A stretch of DNA of 64,000 bases, taken from positions 22,878,001-22,942,000 of the forward strand of contig OZ024750.1 in the NCBI GenBank assembly GCA_964016885.1. Direction: 5' to 3'. The stretch is from Eledone cirrhosa (taxonomy: Eukaryota). The notes below the pieces were generated by a model. That model was not told where the DNA came from. It searched no databases and was given only the letters and a program-made list of their open reading frames with translations. Position numbers and translations under genes: made by a program. How positions within the stretch are numbered: the stretch's first letter is position 1; each line of letters starts with the position of its first letter. Below, piece after piece: positions 38,735 through 49,755 of the stretch.

Positions 38735-40259
38735 CTGTAAAAGAAAAAGACAAGAGGGAAAAGGATTAATCCTTTCATTACCATATTTCTAATGAAATAC
38801 ATTGTCTATGTCATTAATCCTTTCATTATCATATTTCTAATCCCGCTGAGGTTGACTTTGCCTTTCATCCTTACTGGGTCGATAAAATAAAGTACCAGTA
38901 ATGCACTGGGTAATTGCTGGCCTTGTGCCTAAAGTAGAAATAATTATCATATTTCTAATGAAAGACACTGACTATAATAAATCAAGGATTTGGAAAAGAT
39001 TTAGTAATATAAACACATTAAAATATACATTTTTGTGTTGTAGAATCAGAAGCAGTTTCAGGTAGTTTGGTATCAAAAGGGTTAAGCTGGAATTTGGGGC
39101 ATAACTTAACAAAGGTTCTTATATAAAATAATAATAGAAAGTTTTTAGATAAATATACAGTTTTGTATTGTAGGGCCAAGGGTGGTTTCAAGTAACTTGG
39201 TGTCAAAAGTGTTAAACAGATAATTATAATAGTGACTTTGCGTTAGGAAGGGCAACCAGCCAGATGAGTGAGACACGGTCACCCGACCCAACTTGTCTTT
39301 AATGGGACAAACCCATCTAATCCATGCTAGCGTGGAAAATAGACGTTAAATGATGATGATGATGATGATGACTATCTTACCTGGATTGCAAATACTCTGG
39401 GAAACATTTGCGTAGAGTTGATGCCTCCTTCAATAGCCATTCCTAACGTTGGCATCACTTTATAGATGACAACTTCTTGAAGTGGAATATTCCCATAGCT
39501 TTTCTTCAGTCTCTTCTCTTTTTGTTCCTGAAAAAGAATATATATATATAATTCTTTTATTCTTTCACTGGTGTCAGCCATTAGACAGTGGGTTTAGTCG
39601 ATTACATCAACCCAGTTCTTATTTCTTTCAAGTATCATACTTATTTTATCGATTTCTTTTTGTCAGACCATTAAGTTACTGGATATAAGTGCACACACAC
39701 ACACACACACACATATATACAAATTTATTTTGGGTTCTTTGTATTCTGTGATCAAATCCAATTCTGGCCTTTGGGTCAGATCTGCCTCCTTTCAACCCAC
39801 TAGCCTCAGGACTCTGAAATGGGTCATGCGTGCTATATGTGCAAGAGAGAGGACTGTGCTGGTATGGGCATGTGATGCATATGGTTGATGATTATTGGGC
39901 AAAGAAATGCCAGAAGATCCAAGTGGAAGGAAGCTGCAGTAGAAGAAGATCTGGACAGAGGTGGTGAGAGCTGATCTCAAAGTCCTAAACTTTTCAGAGG
40001 AGATGACAAAGAAACATGAGTGGAGAGGGATTGTGCTGAATAAAACTTGTTCAACCCATGGAAGCATGGAAAAGCAGATGTAAAATTGTGGTGATAATGA
40101 TGATGATGATGATATCTATATATATGTTGATGATATCTATATATATATATATGGTGATAATGATAATATATAAATAACAAATAAAACAGAAATACACACC
40201 TTTGTTTCAGGCCGTTTTCCAATGAAATTAGACGTACATGAACAGATGTTATTCCCCAT
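38534..40259 (-). CDS. Small single-PDZ protein (whirlin/PDZD7 PDZ3-like), predicted 135 aa; complement(join(38534..38734,39381..39527,40200..40259))
   Basis: Phase-0 GT-AG introns join MGNNICSCTSNFIGKRPETK | EQKEKRLKKSYGNIPLQEVVIYKVMPTLGMAIEGGINSTQMFPRVFAIQ | PNGSTFHSKTDLKVGNILLEVNNTCLVGLQHSDMAAHIANAFLDETQDYLTFLVTEDGWQLKTTHM*. It aligns by eye to whirlin PDZ3 (TLGIAIEGGANTRQPLPRIVTIQ-RGGSA...LKVGHVILEVNG...IAEAF...DYIDFLVTE). Confidence 0.8.
38842..38942 (+). mobile_element. 5'-truncated SINE with 17-bp TSD
   Basis: TSD attatcatatttctaat at 38825 and 38943. Confidence 0.9.
39381..39527 (-). CDS. PDZ gene exon (N-half of PDZ, TLGMAIEGG loop)
   Basis: tctttttcag acceptor, cag|gtaaga donor, 49 codons, no stops. 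Confidence 0.9.
39835..40110 (+). mobile_element. RTE-type LINE 3' remnant in the PDZ gene intron
   Basis: LCWYGHVMHM motif and (GAT)n tail. Confidence 0.55.
40200..40259 (-). CDS. PDZ gene putative first coding exon (MGNNICSCTSNFIGKRPETK)
   Basis: aag|gtgtgt donor in phase 0. ATG at 40259 is the first in-frame Met after an upstream in-frame TGA near 40448. A possible acceptor (tctctttttag) lies at 40450. Confidence 0.6.
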
Positions 40260-40420
40260 TGACTTATGGACAAAGGTGAGTTGTGTCCATTGACAGTAGA
40301 TAGCTCCTGTTGACCTATAGATAGGGGTCAGTAATGTCCATTGACAGTAGATAGCTGCTGTTGACTTATAGATAGATGTTAAGCTGTCTACTGACAGTAG
40401 ACAGCTTTTGTTGACATATT
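40257..40420. repeat. About 51-bp degenerate tandem repeat in the putative PDZ 5'UTR
   Basis: gtc(c/t)a(t/c)tgacagtaga at 40285, 40336 and 40386. Confidence 0.8.
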
Positions 40421-40637
40421 GCCAAACGTCAGCGGTAGTTCCTGTTCACCTAAAAAGAGAATGTTTGTGATTAAAAGTAGTTAATAGTTTTTTGATTTGA
40501 AATTTCATATTCAATTCTATGTATTTACAAAAAAAGTATGCAAGGGGTGGAGAAAGTAATAAATATAAAGGGGGAAATGGGGAGGGGGGTAATCTACACG
40601 CATGGCTGTGGAAGGGTTACGTCTCAGCTGTAGTCTA

Positions 40638-40678
40638 TAAACAAGGTGGCGAAGGCATTGCCATGGAGAACAGCCAAT
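40638..40678. promoter_or_regulatory. Candidate promoter motif cluster: forkhead TAAACAA, RFX X-box-like, CCAAT box
   Basis: TAAACAA 40638..40644; ATTGCCATGGAGAAC 40657..40671 (reverse GTTCTCCATGGCAAT); CCAAT 40674..40678; about 400 bp upstream of the PDZ gene ATG. Confidence 0.45.
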
Positions 40679-41230
40679 GATACCCATCATAGCATCAGTT
40701 ATTCAATCCTTCAGGCCTTCTTTCCCTTTTCCAGTGTGATGCTCTTCTGATTTCGTGAAGGAAAATGGCAGTCCAAGGACAGGACATAAACACGTACAAT
40801 TACACAAACATACGCATACACTCACACACAGCGCAGCAAATGGAACGCCAGCCGCTGTTTTGCTATATTTTTTTCGCCATCCCCTTCCTTTTACACACAC
40901 ATGCATTCACACAAACACAAACACACACATACATTCACACAAACACACACACCATCCCCTTCCTTCCTTTTACACACACATACATTCACACATGACGGAT
41001 GGACAGAAGTAGCTCAAATTTATATATAGAAGCTGTCATATCTCAAGTTTCTACCAATATACAAGGCTCAGGCATAGCTGTGTGGTTAAAGTGTTTTTCT
41101 TTGCAACCATGCGGTTTCAGGTTCAGTCCCACTTCATAGCACTTTAGGCAAGTGTCTTCTACTATAGACTCAGGCTGACCAATAACATGTGAATGAAATT
41201 TGATAGCAGAAAACTTTATAGAAGTTTGTC

Positions 41231-41263
<33 letters not shown>

Positions 41264-43117
41264 TGCAGGCTGACACACACACACACATATACAGGCTGAC
41301 ACAAACACACATATATATATATGTGTGTGTGTTTATGTCCTGTAATTTAGTGGTTTTACAAAAAAAGATATCAATAAAATAAGAATCAACCTTAAAAACA
41401 TAAGCACTGTTGTCAACAGGATAGATTAAATTCTTCCAAGCGGTGCCCCAGCATGACCACAGTCTAATGAGGGGAAACAAGTAAAAGAATAACAGAAAAA
41501 ATACTAATTTACTTGTTTATTTATTATAATTATGTATGCATATTTTATTCAATTCTCATAAAACACATGATATACTATATTTTCTCATATATAATATGAG
41601 GAATTTTGAATTAAAATTAAAAGCAAAAAAAACAACAAAATATGGTGGTACGGGAGTTATAGACAAAAACATGTTTTGAGAAATTTTTTCCTGAGTTTAA
41701 AAATATTGTTGTAAGAGAGGTGGTGTTGTGGTAGAAGGTATTGCTGTGTGAGAGGTCTTTGGGGAGACAAAAATCTATGAAGAAGATACAGACCTTTAAT
41801 GATATTGACACTATGGCAATGTCTAAATCCTTTATAGTTTTCGATAGAAACTAGTTGTGTTGTGTTAATATTCCATAGAGTGAACTTCCAAGGATATATA
41901 ACTGAAAACAATGTTTAAAAGCCAGTATTACCTGCAAATATGTATTAACAATATGTTGAATAAATGGTGGAATACATCTGTTGACTCTAATTCAATTTGT
42001 TGACTGAATAATTTAGTATCCAAACCAGATATGGGCTTTGAAGACTATTAACCCTTTCATTAACATATTTCTAATGAAAGACACTATCTAATATTTTTAA
42101 TGAATTTTAGAAACAATAAAAAAATTCAGATGGGGTTAGTAATATAACTAACCTTTGCGTTATTATTCTGGTGCCTACATAAGCATAACTTCTTACATAA
42201 AATTTTGATGGAAGGCTTTTAGATAAATATATTCATTTTAAAATAGACAGCTTTGTATTGTAGAAACAGGCAGTTTCAGGCAGTTTTGTCGTTGAAAATT
42301 CTGAGAAAAAATAAGTAAGTTATTTAGAGAAATATTTCTCATAGCCCTGACAGCAATTTTGTTCATGTAATTTAACACAATTCTGTACACATCTCATAGA
42401 CATGTGTGATTACATCTAAAACACTAAACTTTAGTCGTGTCTGAATTTCCTAATCTTTTCGTACACAATGAAAAATTTCTGATTATCAATCAGAATTATG
42501 TGGTGGGATTAATGTTTTAGGCTTATTGTTTCTATACTTATTCATTAAGAATTTTAAACAGTTTGTAGTTAATCCACAGTAGACAGATTATTACAACCAG
42601 CTTTTTGCCCTTGGCTCAAATATATTTGTCTGCATCTATTTATTACAACAAATTGTGGTTGATAACAATCAGATAATGCAGACACATCACTTTTGCAACA
42701 CCTATTGCTCTTTACTTATTTCTGTATCTTTATAAACAGTCTGTTATATTATCATCATCATCATTTAATGTCCATTTTTCACGCTTGCATAGTTAGACAG
42801 GTTGTCACATTATAAGACAAGTCAGGCCAGGATATCACATTTTGCTCATATGGATCTGTATTTTGGCTTGGTTTCTATGGTTGAATGCCCTTCCTAACAC
42901 CAACCGCATTACAGGGTGAACTAGATGCTCTTTATCATGTCACTAAAATGACCAGCTAACAGGATTGACTGGGTGGTTTCTGGGTGGTTTTCAGTATGAC
43001 CACCTTACAGGATGGACTGGGCACATCTTTTTATGTCATCAGCATGATCCCCTTATTGGGTGGCTGGGTGCTTTTTTTGTCATGTCATGCCATGTCACAA
43101 GCATATATGTGTGTAAA

Positions 43118-44000
43118 TCTTTTTGATGTTCATTTCCAGACTATATTCCCCTGAAATTCTGTAAACTTTATCCAGGAGTGTTTGTAGATTTGCTAATGAG
43201 TTTGCTATGAGCACTATGTCGTCAGCATGCCACAGGCTGGTGATCTCTTTCCTACCAACAGTCACCCCAATCCAGGAGAACATATCTACTGACTTTCTCA
43301 TCACCTCCTCCGAGTAAAGATTGAATGCCAAAGGCAACACCAGGCATCCCTGTCAAACTCCTCTGCTTACAATAAACCATTCTGTGAACTCTTTTTCCAC
43401 TCTCTCTGCAGCTTGTTGCTCGTCATACAGATTCTTTAATAATTTCACCATTGTGTCATTCACTCCCATCTTCTTCAATATGTTCCAAAGTGTTGAATGT
43501 AATACAGAGTCAAATGTCTTTTTATAATCTACAAATGGTAAATACAAAGGCACATTAAACTCCCTTGCTTTTTCCATGATAATTCTGATATTGAAAATCT
43601 GATCCCTAGTCCCCACTTTCCTTCTGAAACCCATTTGTTTGTTTGTACACTGTTCTTCTACCGATCTCTGCGTTCTCTCTAAGGGAATCCACAGGAGGAT
43701 CTTGCTAGTGTGTACAGTGTTCTGTACATTTCCTTGTTCCAGTGATCTTTGGCATGAGAATAAAAACTGCCTTCTCCCAATTGGCAGGCTTCTCGCCTGT
43801 TTCACAATATCTTAATCATTGTTTCATTGTCTGTCTTTAAAAGCTCTGCAGGCAGGTCATTGATACCAGTAGCTTTATTCAAAGCCTCCCTGACTGCTGA
43901 TTCCAGAATGGATGGAGATTCTTCCCCTCTCACATCGACTTGTTGGTTAGTTGCCTCCCCATCCTCCTGATATAAACTTTCGCCATACTCCTTCCACCGT
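43118..44000 (-). mobile_element. Decayed RTE/BovB-type LINE reverse transcriptase fragment
   Basis: QMGFRRKVGTRDQIFNIRIIMEKAREFNVPLYLPFVDYKKTFDSV...RGV*QGC...LAFNLY...LWHADDIVLIA; stops and frameshifts. Confidence 0.9.
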
Positions 44001-44498
44001 TATATGTTTAAGAAGTTCTTTTTGTAATTTTGAGGTCCCAGATTTGATCCGACTGCATGGTATCTTGAGTACATTTCTTTATCATTTCCTTGCCTTGGAT
44101 CTCAGCTCCCTCACCAAGATTTGTGAGTGAAACTGCATAGACAGAAACTGTGGAAGTCTGTCAGACGAAGTGTACATGTAATTCCAAGTGAGCTAAAGGC
44201 CATACCACTGTTCTTCCTCCTCTGGCTAATCCAAACAATAGAACCAGTGCAGACAGTTTAGCTTGACTCAGTAAATGTTATACTTAACCTTGACTGTTTT
44301 ATTAATTAAAAAACAGAAAAATCTCTTTTTAAACAAGATAATCTACTTACAGCTACTAATATGTTGATTAAACCAACAAGATTAAAATGTGAACAATGAG
44401 ACAAAAGTCTTTTATTATGACTTGACCAATACTTTGTGAGTAAAATTTGGTAGGTAGAAATTGTGGGGATGCCTTTTGTGTATATATATATGTATATA

Positions 44499-44545
<47 letters not shown>

Positions 44546-44598
44546 GTGTGTGAATATATATGTATATATATTTGTGTGTGTGAATATATATGTATATA

Positions 44599-44631
<33 letters not shown>

Positions 44632-44662
44632 TTGTGTGTGTGAATATATATATATATATATT

Positions 44663-44697
<35 letters not shown>

Positions 44698-45133
44698 TGT
44701 ATATATATATATATATGTGTGTGTGGGGGATAGCTGAAATAAAGTACCAGTTGAATACTGTGAGTAAATCTGTGTATATATATGTATATATATTTATGTA
44801 TATAAATATGCATATATATAGATATGTGTGTGTGTGTGTACGTGTTTTAATTAAAACGGTCAATTAATTAAACTTGAATGCAAATTCATCTAGAACAAAC
44901 CAAAACTATCCATAGATTCAATATGGCCAGAGATAGGAAGCGGTGAAGGTCAACCAGGGAGAGTTTCTTCAAGCAGGAATGAAAAAGCCCTGGATTTGGG
45001 AATTGGGATTGATAAGAATAGCCTCCCTTGCAACTTAGCGACTCCCCCCTCCCCTAAGAGTAATTTCCCTTTGACTTGTTTTCATGGTTTCCCTCGTTAA
45101 TGTATAATTGACTAATTACTAGCGTTCATGCCG

Positions 45134-45147
45134 GTTGCCATCGAGAC
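45134..45147. promoter_or_regulatory. RFX X-box-like site in a CpG-retaining unique block
   Basis: GTTGCCATCGAGAC near the start of the CpG-retaining region. Confidence 0.3.
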
Positions 45148-45969
45148 CTCAGATATCCTAGGTCCCCGAATTGTTGTTTTATTCGAGAAGAGTGCATCCT
45201 GCCCGAGGAAAGAGTCTCGTGAATTAGAGTGACTGATGCTGCGGTTGTTGCTGCCTATTCTTCGTCTTCACATACCGCCTTATCTAGGTTGTAGAGTTTG
45301 TCGTTCTCTCGCTCTTTCCTTTACTTTCGCTGTATAATCTACCTCCCCCCCCCCTTATATTTTTGACATATTAGTTGATTAGATTTACTCACAGTATTCA
45401 ACTGGTACTTTATTTCAGCTATCCCACACACTTTGTCACTTCGAATCTCCACGAGAAATACGTTAAGAGCACACGCGTCTGAGGAATGGCTAGCTACGTG
45501 CACGCTAATTCCACGAGCAGACTGTTCCTTTGATCAAATACACCCTCTGAGACACACAAACTGTTTCCGCAAAGTTCCCATTTAATAAATGTGTCGATCC
45601 CCGCGCGGCTACAGTAGAACCGAAAGCATATGGTTGCAAGGCGAAATCCTTAAACCAAGCCTTCCGACACTAATGGGTTTTGGAGGCCTAATCCCCCATG
45701 ATGTGGAAACTTGTTTTTACTACACTTATTTTCTATGGACTCTAAATATGTTAGTATGATCATGTTTTGTATTATTGACAAAAAACGCGCGAGCTAATAT
45801 TACACCTGTACAGTATTTTTTATACTTAAGCGCCATCCAATCCCCAAACTGTAACGGACGCTCTATAACCACGTAGCCATGCCTGCTCATAATTCTACAG
45901 GTAAGAGTTACGTCCGCTCCCCGCTTATATTAATTAGCAGTAGTACTAACACAACCTATATGAAAACAT

Positions 45970-46345
45970 GTGATACTCGCACACAGTTACTGAAGTCACA
46001 GCAAGACTTATGTATATTTATGATACACAAACATATTGTATATACTTCTATATATATACGATACTCGCACACAGTTACTGAGGTAGCTGTGCACGATCAC
46101 ACGTGTGTATGTTTATGATACATAGACATATTGTATATACTTCCATATACGATTCTCGCACACAGTTACTAAAGTAGCTGTGCACGATCACACGTGTGTA
46201 TGTTTATGATACATAGACATATTGTATATACTTCCATATACGATACTCGCACACAGTTACTAAAGTAGCTATGTACGATCACAGCAAGACTTATGTATGT
46301 TTATGACACATAGGCGTATTGTATATACTTCAATATACATAAGCA
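45970..46345. repeat. About 72-bp tandem repeat
   Basis: Recurrent gatactcgcacacagttact units. Confidence 0.85.
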
Positions 46346-46509
46346 TATTATATATACTTCCATAGACGCCTCCATTCTTATGTTTAATGACACAACACCA
46401 CTACTAATACACCTGCTGCCACCTACCGCCGAAATATCACGTGCAACGAAAGGCCATTCGTTAATTATTTACAATGAAAATATTTCGTCACGTTGTGTTA
46501 TGTCCTTGT

Positions 46510-46550
46510 AGTCGCTGCTACTACTACTGCAGTCGCTGCTGCTGCTGCTG

Positions 46551-46583
<33 letters not shown>

Positions 46584-46706
46584 TCTTCGGTGTTGTTGCT
46601 GTTGTTGTTGCTGATGCTGCTCTTGTTACTATTGGTGCTGCTGCTGCTGCTGTTGGTGTTAATGTTGTTGCTGATGTTATTGCTATTGTTGTTGTTGATG
46701 TTACTA

Positions 46707-46745
<39 letters not shown>

Positions 46746-47078
46746 CTGATGTTGTGTTGTTGTTGCTCTTGTTACTATTGCTGCTGCTGTTGTTGTTGCT
46801 GATGTTGTTGCTGTTGTTGATGTTGTTGCTGCTGTTGTTGTTGCTCTTGTTACTATTGCTGCAGCTATTGTTGTTGTTGCTGTTGTTGTTGCTGTTGTTA
46901 CTATTGCTGCAGCTATTGTTGTTGTTGCTGTTGTTGTTGCTGTTGCTGATGTTGTTGCTGCTGTTGTTGTTGCTCTTGTTACTATTGCTGCAGCTGTTGT
47001 TGTTGTTGCTGTTGTTGATGTTGTTGCTGCTGTTGTTGTTGCTCTTGTTACTATCGTTGCAGTTGTTGATGTTGTTGC

Positions 47079-47110
<32 letters not shown>

Positions 47111-47115
47111 CTGTT
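46510..47115. repeat. (GTT/GCT/GAT)n compound trinucleotide repeat
   Basis: Seen directly. Confidence 0.95.
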
Positions 47116-47826
47116 TTTTTAAAAATGATAATGAAATGATTGTGTACGGTGGTCAGGTGTACTAGAAGTTGTTGTACAGCAGCAGATATGATGTGTAGCA
47201 ATGGTAGTCGAGATAAAGTCATCGTTATCAACTTGACCTTCACAAGGGATGTCTCTCAGACGAGATTACCTTTCAAGTGTTTCATACTTGAGTTTAAACC
47301 ACATGAGATTCATATTTAAGTAACAACATTGCTAAGACACACACAGATATCAGCCAGGGAAGAGAGGGACAAGGAAGTCCCTGTGTGGTCATTCGGCTTG
47401 CTAGAAATAGCAGTCAAATCTTGAAAATCACATCATACTTCCGGAATACCTTTGATGGTAGGGCTGGTTGCTATGCTGTATGTCCCATGGATTCCCCCCA
47501 AAATTATTTGTAGTTAGTTTATATTTAGTCTTATATGTCATAAATATGTTAACCTTAACTGACATGTTCCTAGATTTGCCCTCCACCGCTTCCCTCCATC
47601 TAATCTATGACAGGACTGTCTATCTATGTGGACTAACCTCATATATATATATATATCTTATATTTTATATATATATATATATATAAAATGATAAGATAAT
47701 ATATATATATAAAATGATAAGATATATATATATATCTTATCATTTTATATATATATAAAGATGAAGATCCGCGAAGGTGAAACAATTGTTCTCGGTATGG
47801 TGAACTAACTGTTGTGTAACCACTTC

Positions 47827-47860
<34 letters not shown>

Positions 47861-47903
47861 CAATATTAAATAAATGGAAAACTATATTTATAAAACCATA
47901 TTT

Positions 47904-47967
47904 ATTTCATTATATATATTTCGGGGATATCATATTAACAATATGCTATGCCTTCATCAGACAAAAT
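47904..47967 (-). ncRNA. Minimal type I hammerhead ribozyme (mirror copy in the inverted arm)
   Basis: Reverse complement of 48095..48158. Confidence 0.8.
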
Positions 47968-48094
47968 ACAATATAAACAGTTTTATAGATAAATATATTC
48001 GACATACCGTAATAAACATCAACTTCATTTGAAGAGGTTCACTCTAGCAGGTTGACTGCTCGAATATATTTATCTATAAAACTGTTTATATTGT

Positions 48095-48158
48095 ATTTTG
48101 TCTGATGAAGGCATAGCATATTGTTAATATGATATCCCCGAAATATATATAATGAAAT
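48095..48158 (+). ncRNA. Minimal type I hammerhead ribozyme
   Basis: attttgt-CTGATGA-a-ggcatagcatatt(gtt)aatatgatatccc-c-GAAA-tatata-TA-atgaaat: intact core, stem II 11/13 pairs, palindromic helix III, stem I 7 bp with two G-U pairs. Confidence 0.8.
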
Positions 48159-48787
48159 AAATATGGTTTTATAAATATAGTTTTCCATTTATTTAATATT
48201 GTAAATATACTCCAAGTATTTGTCGAGTGCTTTTATATCAGTTATAAATATTTACTAGTTGTAACCCAACAATTTTAAATATAACTTTACATGTATATAT
48301 GTATATATATATAAATGAGATGTTGTTTGACCTGTCCAGGTCAATCCTGATAGATACATAGACACCCTCTCACTTTTTCTCTTTATATATTACTGAGACA
48401 GACGTAGGATTGGAACCTAGGACCTCGAGGTTGGAAAGCGAACCTCTTATTGTAGCAATATGTCTGAGATAGGAAATGCATTGTGTGTATGTGTGTATAT
48501 TTGTGTGTATAAATTTTAAAGTGTTACAGACAGAGGTGTGTTTAAATAAATATACAAACACACGGCGTATTATTATAGTTGAGACTGGGAAGAAGATTAT
48601 TATTGTTGGTTACCATTGGTTACAAAGTAGGCAGAGACTAAGTATCTGTGTTAAAGAGACACTAAGTACTTCTAATAATCTCGTACTAAAGTACAAATCT
48701 CTAATCAATATGATTATTAAAGATCTCTTTCTTTCCTTCTGCCTTTCTTTTACACTCTTGACTCATTTAATCTTCTGCTGAGCATCT

Positions 48788-48830
<43 letters not shown>

Positions 48831-48839
48831 TATGAATAT

Positions 48840-48890
<51 letters not shown>

Positions 48891-48910
48891 AACAGAAAAA
48901 AAAAATTAAG

Positions 48911-48949
<39 letters not shown>

Positions 48950-48950
<1 letters not shown>

Positions 48951-49240
48951 CAGGTCACCAGTTGGTGATACTGGTAACATGTATCCCAGTACAACCTGTC
49001 TCATGGTCGGGTCGTTGGCGACTAAACTGGCAACCCCACCAAGGTTTCTTGGTGAGGAGGGTGACTTTGGACATCCTGCAGGACTAAAAACAAAACCTGT
49101 CAAAGGGCAAAGTAGCTCTTAAGAGTCTATGGCCATCCAAAATCACCGGGAGAGATGACCCCCTTAGCCTTTGTCAAGGCAGAATTCTAGGAGAAGGAAA
49201 ACTCTGATATAACACCTGCAACCCTGATGGTATCCAATGA
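48950..49240 (+). mobile_element. RTE-like 5'UTR fragment; near-identical inverted copy at about 53875..54016
   Basis: ctaggagaaggaaaactctgat motif resembles RTE 5' ends (recollection); the second copy is seen directly. Confidence 0.5.
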
Positions 49241-49578
49241 TGTTGACTTGTTCTTCTTTTTTTGGTAAATATCATCTTGGTTAAGAGAGTGGGACTGGCT
49301 TTGTGCAGTGCCTTTGCTCACTATAAAAGCTTCACGGCACAGGCATTGCTTTATATCTGGAGATCTATCTGCACTTGTCGTCACATGGTACCATGGGCCC
49401 AGCGCTATGTGTCAATAATTGTCACAGGTGTAGTGTTTGTACCAGAGTTTTCAAGTCGCTGGGTGGACTAAAAAGTCACACTCGTTCAGCGCATCGGTAG
49501 GGGTTCTCCTACATGGATATAAAGTAGTGGCCGTACTTGAAAACGAGTTGGCAGTCACCATATATATATATATAAATA

Positions 49579-49724
49579 CTAGCAGAATTGCCCGGCGTTG
49601 CTCGGGATTTGCTCTAGGGTTCTTATATATTTGATATATATTTATCCTTATCGAGCCTCGTGAAATAAATACGTTTGTTTATATTTTGGTATTGTGTATG
49701 CAAAAATATCTGTACACGAATATA

Positions 49725-49755
<31 letters not shown>

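Larger units (their letters stand above)
47859..48290 (+). mobile_element. Penelope-like pLTR fold-back element in (TA)n
   Basis: 144-bp inverted arms 47859..48002 / 48060..48203, 57-bp spacer, unique 3' tail, hammerhead in each arm, TA microsatellite flanks. Confidence 0.75.

Noticed and set aside
45879-45906. gccATG...cag|gtaaga as a first coding exon
   Set aside because: The ATG lies in a reversed SINE head (aaccac..agccatgcctgc, also at ~8955), and no downstream coding exons were found.
46493-47243. Poly-Leu/Thr ORFs
   Set aside because: Trinucleotide repeat artefact.
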